From assembly GCA_017962765.1 (NCBI GenBank), contig JAGCUP010000008.1:1-61192 (forward strand): a stretch of DNA of 61,192 nucleotides. The letters are read 5' to 3'. A model generated the notes under the pieces. That model was not told the origin of the DNA. It did not search any database and saw only the letters and a program-made list of their open reading frames with translations. This DNA is from Muribaculaceae bacterium (lineage in GTDB: Bacteria > Bacteroidota > Bacteroidia > Bacteroidales > Muribaculaceae). This document shows, one piece after another, positions 47,801 to 56,450 of the stretch. The number at the start of each line of letters is the position of its first letter. Positions within the stretch are counted from its first letter, which is position 1. A program made the translations under genes and the position numbers.

Positions 47801-48534
47801 ACGATGACACTGAACTGTTCAGCGGTTCGTTTGCAGTGGCCAACAATGGCGGTGCCTTTAAAATTCCTCGCGGCAGCGATGCCACGAGCTACACCATCAC
47901 CTTCGACATGAAGGCCAAGACCTATACCATCGAGCCCATTGCTTACGACGCTTACATCTATGTGGTGAAAGCCTTAAACAATTGGGGCGATGGGACATGG
48001 GTCGAGCCGCTTTACTCGGTGAATGGAGACGGAGTCTTTACTGGCTATGCTTATCTTGATGGAGCGTTTGTGCTACGCAGCCACGAGAGCGACTGGGATG
48101 GCATTATCTGGTATAACAATAATGGCCAGGTGTCGACATCGGGCGTCGACTTCAACGTGAGCGAAGCCGGTTACTATCCTATCACCGTGGACCTCAAAAA
48201 TAAGACATTAGTGTTGGGTGATAAAATCACTACTATCGGGCTCATTGGTCAGCAAAGCGGGTGGAGCAGCGATTTCGCAGCGCTCACCTACAACGCCAGC
48301 ACGGGGGCATGGGAAGGGACTGCCACTATCGATGCCGGCACTGAATTTAAGTTCCGCGCGAATAATGGCTGGGATTTTAACTGGGGAACCATTTCCTATC
48401 AGACTTTCGTCCCAGGTGACATTGAGCTTGAGTTCAACGGTTATAATATCAAGCTGACTCAGGGCGGCACTTACCTTATCAAGCTTTGGGCGTGGGCCGA
48501 CACGAAAGCCCACTGCATCTTTACCAAGCAGTGA
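44851..48534 (+). CDS. Fusion protein: dockerin-like repeat + SusD/RagB domain + SusE/SusF-like carbohydrate-binding modules
   Basis: Cys-less signal peptide; dockerin 44932-45090; SusD motifs NELTTDEA, AEVRVLRAYYY..MDLYG, LLARLYLNAEVYTG, LLRLAEAFLTYAEA, REFGFEGRRRIDLVRFG, FPIP..NLTQNSGY; then IAGSFNDW, EFKITDGSW..WG, GLIGQQSGW, EFKFRANNGWDFNWG. Confidence 0.88.
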   Translation: MELKKKLIVMAVALFVSMAMVAGATARGDVNGDGVVNGADVTALYNVLLENVNPAGDADVNGDGVVNGSDVTALYNLLLNPVDNDDDLFAECYATLRSKRVIDEYYSANFSFVRCLWMLNELTTDEAHCAWADEGIADLNHNTWDANNPWIKGMFMRLCDNIDVCNSYLARSGHDAQHNAEVRVLRAYYYFELMDLYGKAPFSTTTAPTIEGMPKSRTELFDFVESELLACRSSLASARNADYGRIDVAAAKLLLARLYLNAEVYTGTARWQDACDMAQEVIQSGYKLLTASSGDYNAFQLMFMGDNDTNGARQEIIFPIAINGAQAQTEYDYNSTTFLVASTTDYKIAAVGTGFNEAWAGNRARKQFSQLFFGTDENIDDGHFNEWPTMLGDRRALIETADHTLSIDDESSFYKGFAYVKWLGAHSTGAAPSNNNFVDTDYPLLRLAEAFLTYAEADARLNDGRCTTSGLQAFNLIRMRAGVSAMRSANLNDIFAEWGREFGFEGRRRIDLVRFGSYGGSHDYDWEWKNASREGSAFDVTRNIFPIPNAVLALNTNLTQNSGYDAHPADIYLTAPSAVDATTNDDVNFIWENTLVYDVISAPASYALVFESPTRDRTTTIEAGNRLSLYMTPTQFFNKINTLYNSEAEATSVKAYVVATIPGYGSVTSNVANITLQNTTFPEYVPKLNYITGFFTKSEFMINSTGNGMVPLYPSENMTYDYGEGELEYVGYMPGGNNGGFLILENPGDWFPSYRGDVWGQYDNIPYYENMNASTDIINFHVSAGYYTVTVNTKWHSCYISPYQGTVSEPYSTITIAGSFNDWSTTATPMQPLTTHGYNHDWEAYLTLTSAAEFKITDGSWDSEWGDGSGTPYGTATHQTNNFRLKAGNYRVVFNDITGRYIFIDLNAQDPYFDFDVIENYYYLVGTMNNWSRTNKDYMMTRNGDKFSINIPASENDIYFKVAPQSAYEYGHDFYKSLLCATGDDDTELFSGSFAVANNGGAFKIPRGSDATSYTITFDMKAKTYTIEPIAYDAYIYVVKALNNWGDGTWVEPLYSVNGDGVFTGYAYLDGAFVLRSHESDWDGIIWYNNNGQVSTSGVDFNVSEAGYYPITVDLKNKTLVLGDKITTIGLIGQQSGWSSDFAALTYNASTGAWEGTATIDAGTEFKFRANNGWDFNWGTISYQTFVPGDIELEFNGYNIKLTQGGTYLIKLWAWADTKAHCIFTKQ

Positions 48535-48640
48535 GTTTTAGCACTTGAATTGCCGTGATTGTCAAATTTTTGTTGTAACTTTGACGATTGAACTAACTTG
48601 AAATAAATAAATTATTAATCTTCAAAATATCTAAGTTCTT

Positions 48641-50011
48641 ATGAATCTTAAAATTAGATTGATTTTAATGAACTTCCTGGAGTTCGCCGTCTGGGGAGCG
48701 TATCTTGTCTGTATGGGCAACTATCTGGGAGCTGCCGGCATGGGTGCCGAGATTAAGTGGTTCTATGCCATTCAAGGTATTGTGTCAATATTCATGCCCA
48801 CGTTGCTGGGTATTGTGGGCGACAAGTGGGTTCAGCCGCAACGACTTTTGGGCATTTGTCACTTGCTTGCCGGAGCTTTCATGATTTGCCTATTCTCGGT
48901 GGGAGCAAGTGCACATGCAGCCGGAACACTTCCAAATAAAGCTGTGTTTATCACGCTCTACACGCTTAGTGTGGCATTCTATATGCCCACGTTGGCCTTG
49001 TCAAATACCGCGGCGTTTACCATACTGAAGGACAATGGGCTTGACACGGTGAAAGACTTTCCGCCCATCCGTGTGTTTGGAACTGTGGGCTTTATCGCCA
49101 CAATGTGGTTTGTGAACTGCGCTTTCCTTGATGCCGACGGGAATTTTGGTTTTACGTTGGACAAGAATGCGTTTAAGTTCCAATATACCCACTATCAGTT
49201 CCTGGTGTCGGGTGTGCTAAGCATCGTTTTGTGTCTTTACTGCTTTACCTTGCCGCAATGCAAGCTCATCAAGAAAGAAGCTGCCTCATTGGTCGATACG
49301 TTGGGCTTAAGTGCATTTAAGCTGTTCAAGACCAAAAAGATGGCTATGTTCTTTATATTCTCCATGCTATTGGGTATGTCCTTACAGGTGACCAATGGTT
49401 ACGCCACTCCATTCCTTACTCACTTCAAGGCAGTGGAAGGCCTTACCGACACCTTTGCGGCAAACAATGGAACCATGCTTGTTTCGCTTTCGCAAATTGC
49501 CGAGGCTTGTTGTATTTTGCTTATCCCCTTCTTCCTTAAGCGCTATGGCATCAAGGTCGTGATGTTGATTGCCATGTTTGCGTGGGTGTTCCGCTTCGGT
49601 TTCTTTGGTCTGGGACAGCCCGATATGCCAGGCGTGATGCTCTTTGTCCTCTCATGTCTCGTTTATGGTGTGGCTTTCGACTTCTTTAATGTTTCGGGTG
49701 CCATGTTTGTCGATAATGAGTGTGACCCCAAGGTCAAATCGTCGGCACAGGGCTTGTTTATGCTCATGACCAACGGTCTCGGTGCCTCGATAGGAACGCT
49801 TGCCGCAGGTGCTATCATTGACAAATACTGTGAATGGAAAAATTTCATGGTTGATGGAGAGATGGGAAGCTACCTTGTCGATAGGGTTAATGATGGTTGG
49901 GCAATCTCATGGTATATCTTTGCTGGCTTTGCGCTCGTAGTGGCTGTGTCGTTCTGGGTGCTTTTCAAGTACAAACACGACCCCAAGGCAATGGGCGAGA
50001 TTAAGCATTAA
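48641..50011 (+). CDS. Nucleoside:H+ symporter-family MFS permease (NupG/XapB-like)
   Basis: LMNFLEFAVWGAY, FYMPTLALSN, FPPIRVFGTVGF, SLSQIAE, YGVAFDFFNVSG, SAQGLFMLMTNGLG. Confidence 0.9.
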   Translation: MNLKIRLILMNFLEFAVWGAYLVCMGNYLGAAGMGAEIKWFYAIQGIVSIFMPTLLGIVGDKWVQPQRLLGICHLLAGAFMICLFSVGASAHAAGTLPNKAVFITLYTLSVAFYMPTLALSNTAAFTILKDNGLDTVKDFPPIRVFGTVGFIATMWFVNCAFLDADGNFGFTLDKNAFKFQYTHYQFLVSGVLSIVLCLYCFTLPQCKLIKKEAASLVDTLGLSAFKLFKTKKMAMFFIFSMLLGMSLQVTNGYATPFLTHFKAVEGLTDTFAANNGTMLVSLSQIAEACCILLIPFFLKRYGIKVVMLIAMFAWVFRFGFFGLGQPDMPGVMLFVLSCLVYGVAFDFFNVSGAMFVDNECDPKVKSSAQGLFMLMTNGLGASIGTLAAGAIIDKYCEWKNFMVDGEMGSYLVDRVNDGWAISWYIFAGFALVVAVSFWVLFKYKHDPKAMGEIKH

Positions 50012-50017
50012 TACGTG

Positions 50018-50728
50018 ATGCATCGCTTTTATGCACCCGATATAGCAGTGAACGGGACTCTTCCTGAGGAGGAGTCCCGTCATGCTGTGAAGGTGTTGCG
50101 CATGGCTGAGGGTGATGAGCTGGAAGTGGTCGACGGGCGTGGCAATTTGTATCGCTGCCATGTGACGATGGCTCACCAAAAGCACACCCAGGTGGCCATC
50201 GACAACACCGAACACGTCGTGCCACACTGGCGCCGTCGCCTCACGCTCGCTGTGGCCCCCACTAAGAACCTCGATCGCATGGAGTGGCTCGTGGAAAAGG
50301 CCGTGGAGGTGGGCGTGGACCGCATCGTGCCGCTGCTGTGCGAACACAGTGAGCGCCGCGTGCTCAAGACTGAGCGCCTCACGAAAATTATGGTGTCGGC
50401 CATGAAACAGTCACTCAAGGCCACGCTGCCGCAACTTGACGAGCTCACGCCCCTTGACGAACTCCTCGCCGAGGCTGCTACTGGTGACCGTTTCGTGGCC
50501 TACTGCGATGAGTCGCTGCCGCGCGAGCAACGGCGAGAACTGGCGCGCGAGGTGTGCGCCGACCGCGACACGACGTTGCTCATTGGTCCCGAGGGCGATT
50601 TCAGCCCCGCTGAGGTGGAACGGCTAGTAGCTGCCGGATTCATCCCCGTCACGCTGGGCGAAAGCCGCCTGCGCACCGAGACGGCGGCCCTGGTGGGACT
50701 GGTAGTATTGCATAATGCTGTCTATTGA
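50018..50728 (+). CDS. rsmE: 16S rRNA (uracil1498-N3)-methyltransferase
   Basis: HAVKVLRM, EKAVEVGV, SAMKQS, LIGPEGDFS, LGESRLRTETAA. Confidence 0.96.
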   Translation: MHRFYAPDIAVNGTLPEEESRHAVKVLRMAEGDELEVVDGRGNLYRCHVTMAHQKHTQVAIDNTEHVVPHWRRRLTLAVAPTKNLDRMEWLVEKAVEVGVDRIVPLLCEHSERRVLKTERLTKIMVSAMKQSLKATLPQLDELTPLDELLAEAATGDRFVAYCDESLPREQRRELAREVCADRDTTLLIGPEGDFSPAEVERLVAAGFIPVTLGESRLRTETAALVGLVVLHNAVY

Positions 50729-50745
50729 TGATGGTAACTCTACAG

Positions 50746-50878
50746 GTGGAATTTTAAATGCGAATTTCACGAATTAGGCAAATTTTCACAAATTTTATAT
50801 TTTTCGCAAGTGGCTAAAGTGTAGATAATTAATTTGTTGAATTCGTTAAATTGGTAAAATTCGCATTTAAATTTCCAC
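50746..50878. mobile_element. MITE-like ~133-bp element with ~48-bp imperfect terminal inverted repeats
   Basis: Left end GTGGAATTTTAAATGCGAATTTCAC vs reverse complement of the right end GTGGAAATTTAAATGCGAATTTTAC (23/25 identical); the arms continue as 9-bp AATT-containing units. Confidence 0.6.
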
Positions 50879-50984
50879 GCTGTGAATGTGCTAAAAAACA
50901 ATAAAAGAACAGGGCAGGGTGGGGGAATGTGAGAAATATGTGCTATTTTTGCACTTCGAAATCTCAATTTTAAGAAAATAAACG

Positions 50985-52592
50985 ATGAAATTCAAGACTT
51001 TACTGACGCTTTTGCTGCTCGCCCTGCTTGGCACGATGAATGCCCAGGCGGCACAAGACGACGAGGATGCCGCGCTGCGCCTCAAAATCCATAACGCCGT
51101 CATGGGGGTGTACGACAAGTACCTCGAAAAGGACCCCAACGACTATAACACGCTGTTCCAGCGCGCCAGCCAGCTTTACAACATGGGCTATCTGGCCGAC
51201 GCTAAGGCCGATATCGACCGCGCCATCGAGCTCACGCCCGCCAAGGACAAAGACCTGCGGTGTGACGAACTCGTCCTGCGCGCCCTTATCAACGACGATG
51301 CCGGCGACCTGCAAGCCGAACTTGAAGACCTCAAGCAGGCCATAGAGCTCAACCCGCAGTCGATGCCCACCGTGGGCCTGCTGGCTCGCTTGAGCTACAA
51401 GCTTGGCGACCTCGATGCGGCCAAGAAGAACTACGAGATTTTGCTGCGCAAGAACGCCCGTAACTATCAGGCGATGTACGGCCTGGCACTCGTCGAGGCC
51501 AAGCGCGGCAACAACGCTGACGCCATAGCCCAGGTGGACCGCGCCGTGGAGCTCTATCCGGCCACCACCGAGGTCTATCTGAATCGCGCCGACATCCTCG
51601 AGAAAACGGGCAACTATGAGAACGCCGTCAATAACTACCTGCTGGCGATGACCACGAGCGATGATAACGGTCAGGCTATTCAGGAGCTCTTCAATATGAG
51701 CGACTATCATTACGATGATGTGATGAAGGCGTTGCGCAACGCTGCCGACAAGGCTCCCGGCACCGGACTGTTCCAGCGCATCCGCTCGTCGATAGCTATC
51801 AAGCATGCCCACTACGGCCAGGCCCTCAAGGACCTTGAATCACTCATCGACAACAACCTCATGAGTCACGCCGCAGTACAAGCCGATGCCGCCCGTTGTG
51901 CCCTCGAAGTGTGCGAGTACGACAAAGCCGCGCAACACGCTGCCAAGGCCATCGAGCAGGACAGCGCCGACCCTGATTACTACATAACCTTGAGCCGTGC
52001 ACTTCAGGGCAAGGGCGACCTGAAAGGCGCCGCCGAGGCCCTTGCCGGTGCCGAGAAAATCGGCGAGCCCGGCATGCACCTGCTGCTGGCCCAGGCCCGC
52101 TTGCTCATCGCACAAAAGAAGGATGCCGAGGCCGTCAAGATAGTTAACAAGGCTATCGAGCTTGACGGCGGTAACGCCGAGGCTCTCATGCTTCGTGGAT
52201 GGCTCAACAAATACCGCTTGAACCAGGCTGCCGCCGCCAACATCGATTTCGAGACCGTGCTGCTTGGCAAGACCACGATGCGCGGCCTCCGCGGCTTCGC
52301 CCTCCACGAGCTGGGACGCGACGACGAGGCGCGCAAATGGGCCACCGACATCATCAACGACAACCCGCTGCCTGGTGGAGAGGCCTACTTCATGGCCGCC
52401 GCCCTCATGAGCGATATGGACGACAACGCACAGGGTATGCGCTACATGGAGAGCGCCCTGGCCAACGGCTATGGCAGCCGCTACGAGGCCCTGGTAAATG
52501 AAGCTCCCTACGTCAACCTCAAGCTGCTGCGCCGCCATCCCGACTACGAGACCCTCGTGAGCCGCTACACTTCCAACTTTGAAATCAAGTGA
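50985..52592 (+). CDS. Exported tetratricopeptide-repeat protein
   Basis: Signal peptide; many AIELxP/AxYxxA TPR units. Confidence 0.88.
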   Translation: MKFKTLLTLLLLALLGTMNAQAAQDDEDAALRLKIHNAVMGVYDKYLEKDPNDYNTLFQRASQLYNMGYLADAKADIDRAIELTPAKDKDLRCDELVLRALINDDAGDLQAELEDLKQAIELNPQSMPTVGLLARLSYKLGDLDAAKKNYEILLRKNARNYQAMYGLALVEAKRGNNADAIAQVDRAVELYPATTEVYLNRADILEKTGNYENAVNNYLLAMTTSDDNGQAIQELFNMSDYHYDDVMKALRNAADKAPGTGLFQRIRSSIAIKHAHYGQALKDLESLIDNNLMSHAAVQADAARCALEVCEYDKAAQHAAKAIEQDSADPDYYITLSRALQGKGDLKGAAEALAGAEKIGEPGMHLLLAQARLLIAQKKDAEAVKIVNKAIELDGGNAEALMLRGWLNKYRLNQAAAANIDFETVLLGKTTMRGLRGFALHELGRDDEARKWATDIINDNPLPGGEAYFMAAALMSDMDDNAQGMRYMESALANGYGSRYEALVNEAPYVNLKLLRRHPDYETLVSRYTSNFEIK

Positions 52593-52620
52593 GCCTGGAG
52601 TTAACTTGTCAATTAAAAAG

Positions 52621-53652
52621 ATGATTTCGTTCGAGAGTGACTATAACAACGGGTGTCACCCCAAGGTGCTACAACACCTTGTCGAAACCAACAGCGAGAC
52701 AAGCGCTTCCTACGGCGACGACGTGTGGTCGGCGAGCGCAAGGGAAAAAATAACGTCAGCCTGCGATAGTCCGCAGGCCGACGTCTTTTTCTTAGTGGGA
52801 GGCACACAGACTAATGCCACTGTCATCAGTGCGCTGCTGGCACCCTATGAGGGCGTGGTGGCCGTCGATACCGCCCATATCAACGTGCATGAGTCGGGCG
52901 CCATCGAGGGCACCGGCCACAAGGTGCTCGCACTGCCCAACCACGGCGGCAAGATGGACCCCGATGAACTTGACGCGCTCCTCGCCGCATTCCACGCCGA
53001 CCCCAACCGCGACCACATGGTGTGGCCCGGGATGGTCTACCTCACTTTCCCTACCGAATTGGGGACCCTCTACACGGCGCATGACATTGAGCGCATCCAC
53101 GCCACGTGCCGTCGCTATGATATCCCCCTCTACGTCGACGGAGCACGTTTGGGTTACGGACTTATGGCTGAAGACTGCGACTTCGACTTGCCGTGGCTCG
53201 CCCGTCACTGCGACGCCTTCTACATCGGCGGCACTAAGATGGGTGCCCTGTGCGGTGAGGCCGTCGTGTTCCCACGCGGCAATGCCCCCGCTCATTTCTT
53301 CACCCATGTAAAGCGACAAGGAGCCCTGCTTGCCAAGAGCCGCCTCGCCGGTGTGCAGTTCGACGCCCTTTTTACCGACGGCCTCTACTTCGACATCGCG
53401 CGTCATGCCCTCAACATGGCGGCGCGCCTGCGTCAGCTCTTCCTCGACCGTGGCTACACGATGACGCCTTCGACCACCAATCAGCAGTTCGTCTTCCTCT
53501 CCGACGAACAGGTCGCCCGCATCGCCCAGCACGTCGCCTTCGAGCTGTGGGAACGCCCGGCCCAAGGCCCCGCCCTCTACCGCTTCGTCACCAGCTGGGC
53601 CACCACCGACGCCCACCTCGCCGCCCTCGCCACCGCATTAGAGAGCGTCTGA
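52621..53652 (+). CDS. ltaE: Low-specificity L-threonine aldolase family PLP enzyme
   Basis: FESDY, YGDD, GGTQTN, HINVHESGAIE, PTELGTLY, LYVDGARLGY, IGGTKMGALCGEA, RFVTSWAT. Confidence 0.88.
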   Translation: MISFESDYNNGCHPKVLQHLVETNSETSASYGDDVWSASAREKITSACDSPQADVFFLVGGTQTNATVISALLAPYEGVVAVDTAHINVHESGAIEGTGHKVLALPNHGGKMDPDELDALLAAFHADPNRDHMVWPGMVYLTFPTELGTLYTAHDIERIHATCRRYDIPLYVDGARLGYGLMAEDCDFDLPWLARHCDAFYIGGTKMGALCGEAVVFPRGNAPAHFFTHVKRQGALLAKSRLAGVQFDALFTDGLYFDIARHALNMAARLRQLFLDRGYTMTPSTTNQQFVFLSDEQVARIAQHVAFELWERPAQGPALYRFVTSWATTDAHLAALATALESV

Positions 53653-53771
53653 GTTTACCACAAGTCACAAAGAGAGAACTGGAATTCTAAAATCCCAGTA
53701 GCAGCTTCTTCTGGGAATGGTCGTCATGTTTTAGGATGACAAAAACGAGTGGGAGAGGAGCCGATTAGTTT

Positions 53772-54143
53772 CTATTTGCTGCCGACAGCCTCCTTGTAGC
53801 CCTCGTCGTAGCCCTTGTTGTAGCCTTTGGCGTAGTCGGGGTGTTCGTCTCCCAGTTCCTTATGGCTGTGGCGGTAGGGGGAACCGCTCATGGCGTCTGT
53901 GTGCCCGTCTTCGTGCCCTTCCTTGTATCCATCCTCGAAAGTGGTGTGCTGTGCCGCTTGGGCATTCGCATTTGTGGAGGGCACCGTGTCGTTGACAGAT
54001 GAGTCATGCCCCTTGTTGTTCACTTGGACTGTGTCAATATACGCATTGGTGCTCGTTTCATCGCCGAAGCTGCACTCCGCTATCTGGACGAGCAGCCACA
54101 GGATGCAAAAAGCAAGGCATATATTGAGGAAAGCATTCTTCAT
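53772..54143 (-). CDS. Small hypothetical membrane-anchored/exported protein with GYxxG repeats
   Basis: N-terminal hydrophobic segment; DGYKEGHEDG and YAKGYNKGYDEGYKE; directly downstream of metG on the same strand. Confidence 0.6.
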   Translation of the reverse strand: MKNAFLNICLAFCILWLLVQIAECSFGDETSTNAYIDTVQVNNKGHDSSVNDTVPSTNANAQAAQHTTFEDGYKEGHEDGHTDAMSGSPYRHSHKELGDEHPDYAKGYNKGYDEGYKEAVGSK

Positions 54144-54181
54144 CTTATCTGGTTCTCTGAGTGACGAATGGGCTGTGGCGG

Positions 54182-56227
54182 TTATTTCACTTGCACACCT
54201 GGTTTGACAGAGCCTTGGGGACCGACGACGATGAGGCGTCCGTCGGCGTCCTCGGCACTGAGTATCATGCCTTGGCTCTCAATACCCTTGAACTGGCGTG
54301 GCGGGAAGTTGGCGATGAAGCACACTTGCTGTCCCACGAGGTCCTCGGGGACGTAATACTTGGCAATGCCACTCACGATGGTACGTCCCTTGAGACCATC
54401 GTCGATGGTGAGCTTGAGCAGCTTGTCGGCTTTCTTAACTTTCTCACAAGCAGTGACGGTGCCCACGCGTATGTCGAGTTTGAGGAAATCGTCGAAGGTG
54501 CAGGGTTGAGCCACGGCCTTGGGCGTGAAGTTGTTGAGGAGGTTTTCCTGCTTGATGCGCTCGAGGCGTTGTATCTGCTTGTCGATGTCCTCATCGGGGA
54601 TTTTCTCGAACAGCAGTTCGGGCTGCTCAATTTGGTGCCCAACCGGTAGGATATCGAGGCAGCCCAACTTGTCCCAGTTGACGTCGGCCATGCCCAGCAT
54701 CTTGCGCAGGCGTGCGGCGCTGAAGGGCAGGAAAGGCTCAAAGGCGATGGCCAGGTTGGCGGCAATCTGCACGGCGACGTGGAGAATGGTCTCGACGCGC
54801 GCCATATCAGTCTTGGCGAGCTTCCAGGGCTCGGTGTCGGCGAGGTATTTGTTGCCGATGCGGGCCAGTCCCATGGCGTCTTTCAGGGCCTCGCGGAAGT
54901 GGAAGGTCTCGATGTTGCGTCCCAGCGTCTCCTTCACGTCCTTGAACTCGTTGAGGGCCGCCGTTTCCTGCTCGGTGAGCTCGTGGCAGGGCGGCACCTT
55001 ACCCTCAAAATACTTGTGGGTGAGGACAAGGGCGCGGTTGACGAAGTTGCACAGGATGGCCACCAACTCGTTATTGTTGCGGGCCTGGAAGTCGCGCCAT
55101 GTGAAGTCGTTGTCCTTAGCTTCGGGGGCGTTGGCGGTGAGCACGTAGCGCAGCACGTCCTGCTTGCCCGGGAAGTCGGCGAGGTATTCGTGCAGCCACA
55201 CGGCCCAATTGCGGCTCGTCGATATTTTCTCTCCCTCGAGGGTGATGAACTCGTTCGACGGCACGTTGTCGGGCAGATGATAGCCTCCGTGCGCCATGAG
55301 CATGGCGGGGAAGATGAGGCAGTGGAACACGATGTTGTCCTTGCCTATGAAGTGGATGATGCGGCTCTCGGGGTCTTTCCAGTAGCGCTCCCACGTGTCG
55401 GGCAGCAGGTCCTTGGTGATGCTGATATAGCCGATTGGGGCGTCGAACCATACATAGAGCACCTTGCCCTCGACGCCTTCGATGGGCACCGGGATACCCC
55501 AGTTGAGGTCGCGGGTGACGGCGCGCGGCTGCAGACCGCCCTCGAGCCACGACTTGCACTGGCCATAGACGTTGGTGCGCCACTCCTTGTGTCCCTCGAG
55601 AATCCACTCGCGGAGCTTCGGCTCCCATTTGTCGAGCGGCATGTACCAGTGTTTGGTCTCCTTGCGCACGGGCACGTTGCCGGTGATGGCGCTGTGCGGG
55701 TTGATAAGGTCGGTGGCGTTGAGGCTCGTGCCGCAGCTCTCGCACTGGTCGCCGTAGGCGCGTTCGTTGCCGCAGTGCGGGCAGGTGCCCACGATGTAGC
55801 GGTCGGCGAGCCACTGGTCGGCCTCCTCGTCGTAGTATTGTTGGCTCGTTTTCTCGATAAACTCGCCCTTGTCGTAGAGCGTCTTGAAGAAATCGGTGGC
55901 TGTGACGCGGTGTGTGGCGCTCGTGGTGCGGCCGTACACGTCAAACGAGATGCCGAGGCCCTCCATCGACTCCTTGATGAGCTTATGATAGCGGTCCACG
56001 ATGTCTTGGGGCGTCACGCCCTCTTTCATCGCCTTGATGGTGATGGGTACGCCGTGCTCGTCGCTGCCACCCACGAGGATGACGTCCTCGCCGCGTAAGC
56101 GCAGGTAGCGCGCGTAGATGTCGGCGGGAACATACACTCCGGCGAGGTGCCCGATGTGCACCGGCCCGTTGGCGTAAGGCAACGCCGTCGTCACCAGCGT
56201 GCGTTTGAATTTCTTCTCTTCGGCCAT
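54182..56227 (-). CDS. metG: Methionine--tRNA ligase
   Basis: [20 protein letters not shown], Zn-knuckle [30 protein letters not shown]-terminal tRNA-binding domain. Confidence 0.98.
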   Translation of the reverse strand: MAEEKKFKRTLVTTALPYANGPVHIGHLAGVYVPADIYARYLRLRGEDVILVGGSDEHGVPITIKAMKEGVTPQDIVDRYHKLIKESMEGLGISFDVYGRTTSATHRVTATDFFKTLYDKGEFIEKTSQQYYDEEADQWLADRYIVGTCPHCGNERAYGDQCESCGTSLNATDLINPHSAITGNVPVRKETKHWYMPLDKWEPKLREWILEGHKEWRTNVYGQCKSWLEGGLQPRAVTRDLNWGIPVPIEGVEGKVLYVWFDAPIGYISITKDLLPDTWERYWKDPESRIIHFIGKDNIVFHCLIFPAMLMAHGGYHLPDNVPSNEFITLEGEKISTSRNWAVWLHEYLADFPGKQDVLRYVLTANAPEAKDNDFTWRDFQARNNNELVAILCNFVNRALVLTHKYFEGKVPPCHELTEQETAALNEFKDVKETLGRNIETFHFREALKDAMGLARIGNKYLADTEPWKLAKTDMARVETILHVAVQIAANLAIAFEPFLPFSAARLRKMLGMADVNWDKLGCLDILPVGHQIEQPELLFEKIPDEDIDKQIQRLERIKQENLLNNFTPKAVAQPCTFDDFLKLDIRVGTVTACEKVKKADKLLKLTIDDGLKGRTIVSGIAKYYVPEDLVGQQVCFIANFPPRQFKGIESQGMILSAEDADGRLIVVGPQGSVKPGVQVK

Positions 56228-56450
56228 ATTACTATTTTTTGTAAAAGTTTCTTTCCAGTTTGAATTTGCAAAGTTACAAAAAATCTCCCACACGGCCAAA
56301 TGCAGATGTGGCCTTGAACGATAAAATAATCAAACCGCCCCCAAACCACAGTTCAAGGCTTGGGCATAATATCCCCAAATAATGTCTCTCAAAATCGTAG
56401 ATTAATAAAATTTATTTAATTTTCCACGTGAGCGTAGGTTACCTATCGAC

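Noticed and set aside
24651-48534. A classical cellulosome
   Set aside because: None of the dockerin carriers shows a recognisable cellulase or other glycoside hydrolase domain, and no multi-cohesin scaffoldin is in the window. Only a docking system can be proposed.
56311-56359. GCCTTGAAC...GTTCAAGGC inverted repeat as an invertible promoter
   Set aside because: The arms are only 9 bp, they do not enclose the metG -7 box (56269-56276), and no recombinase is nearby.
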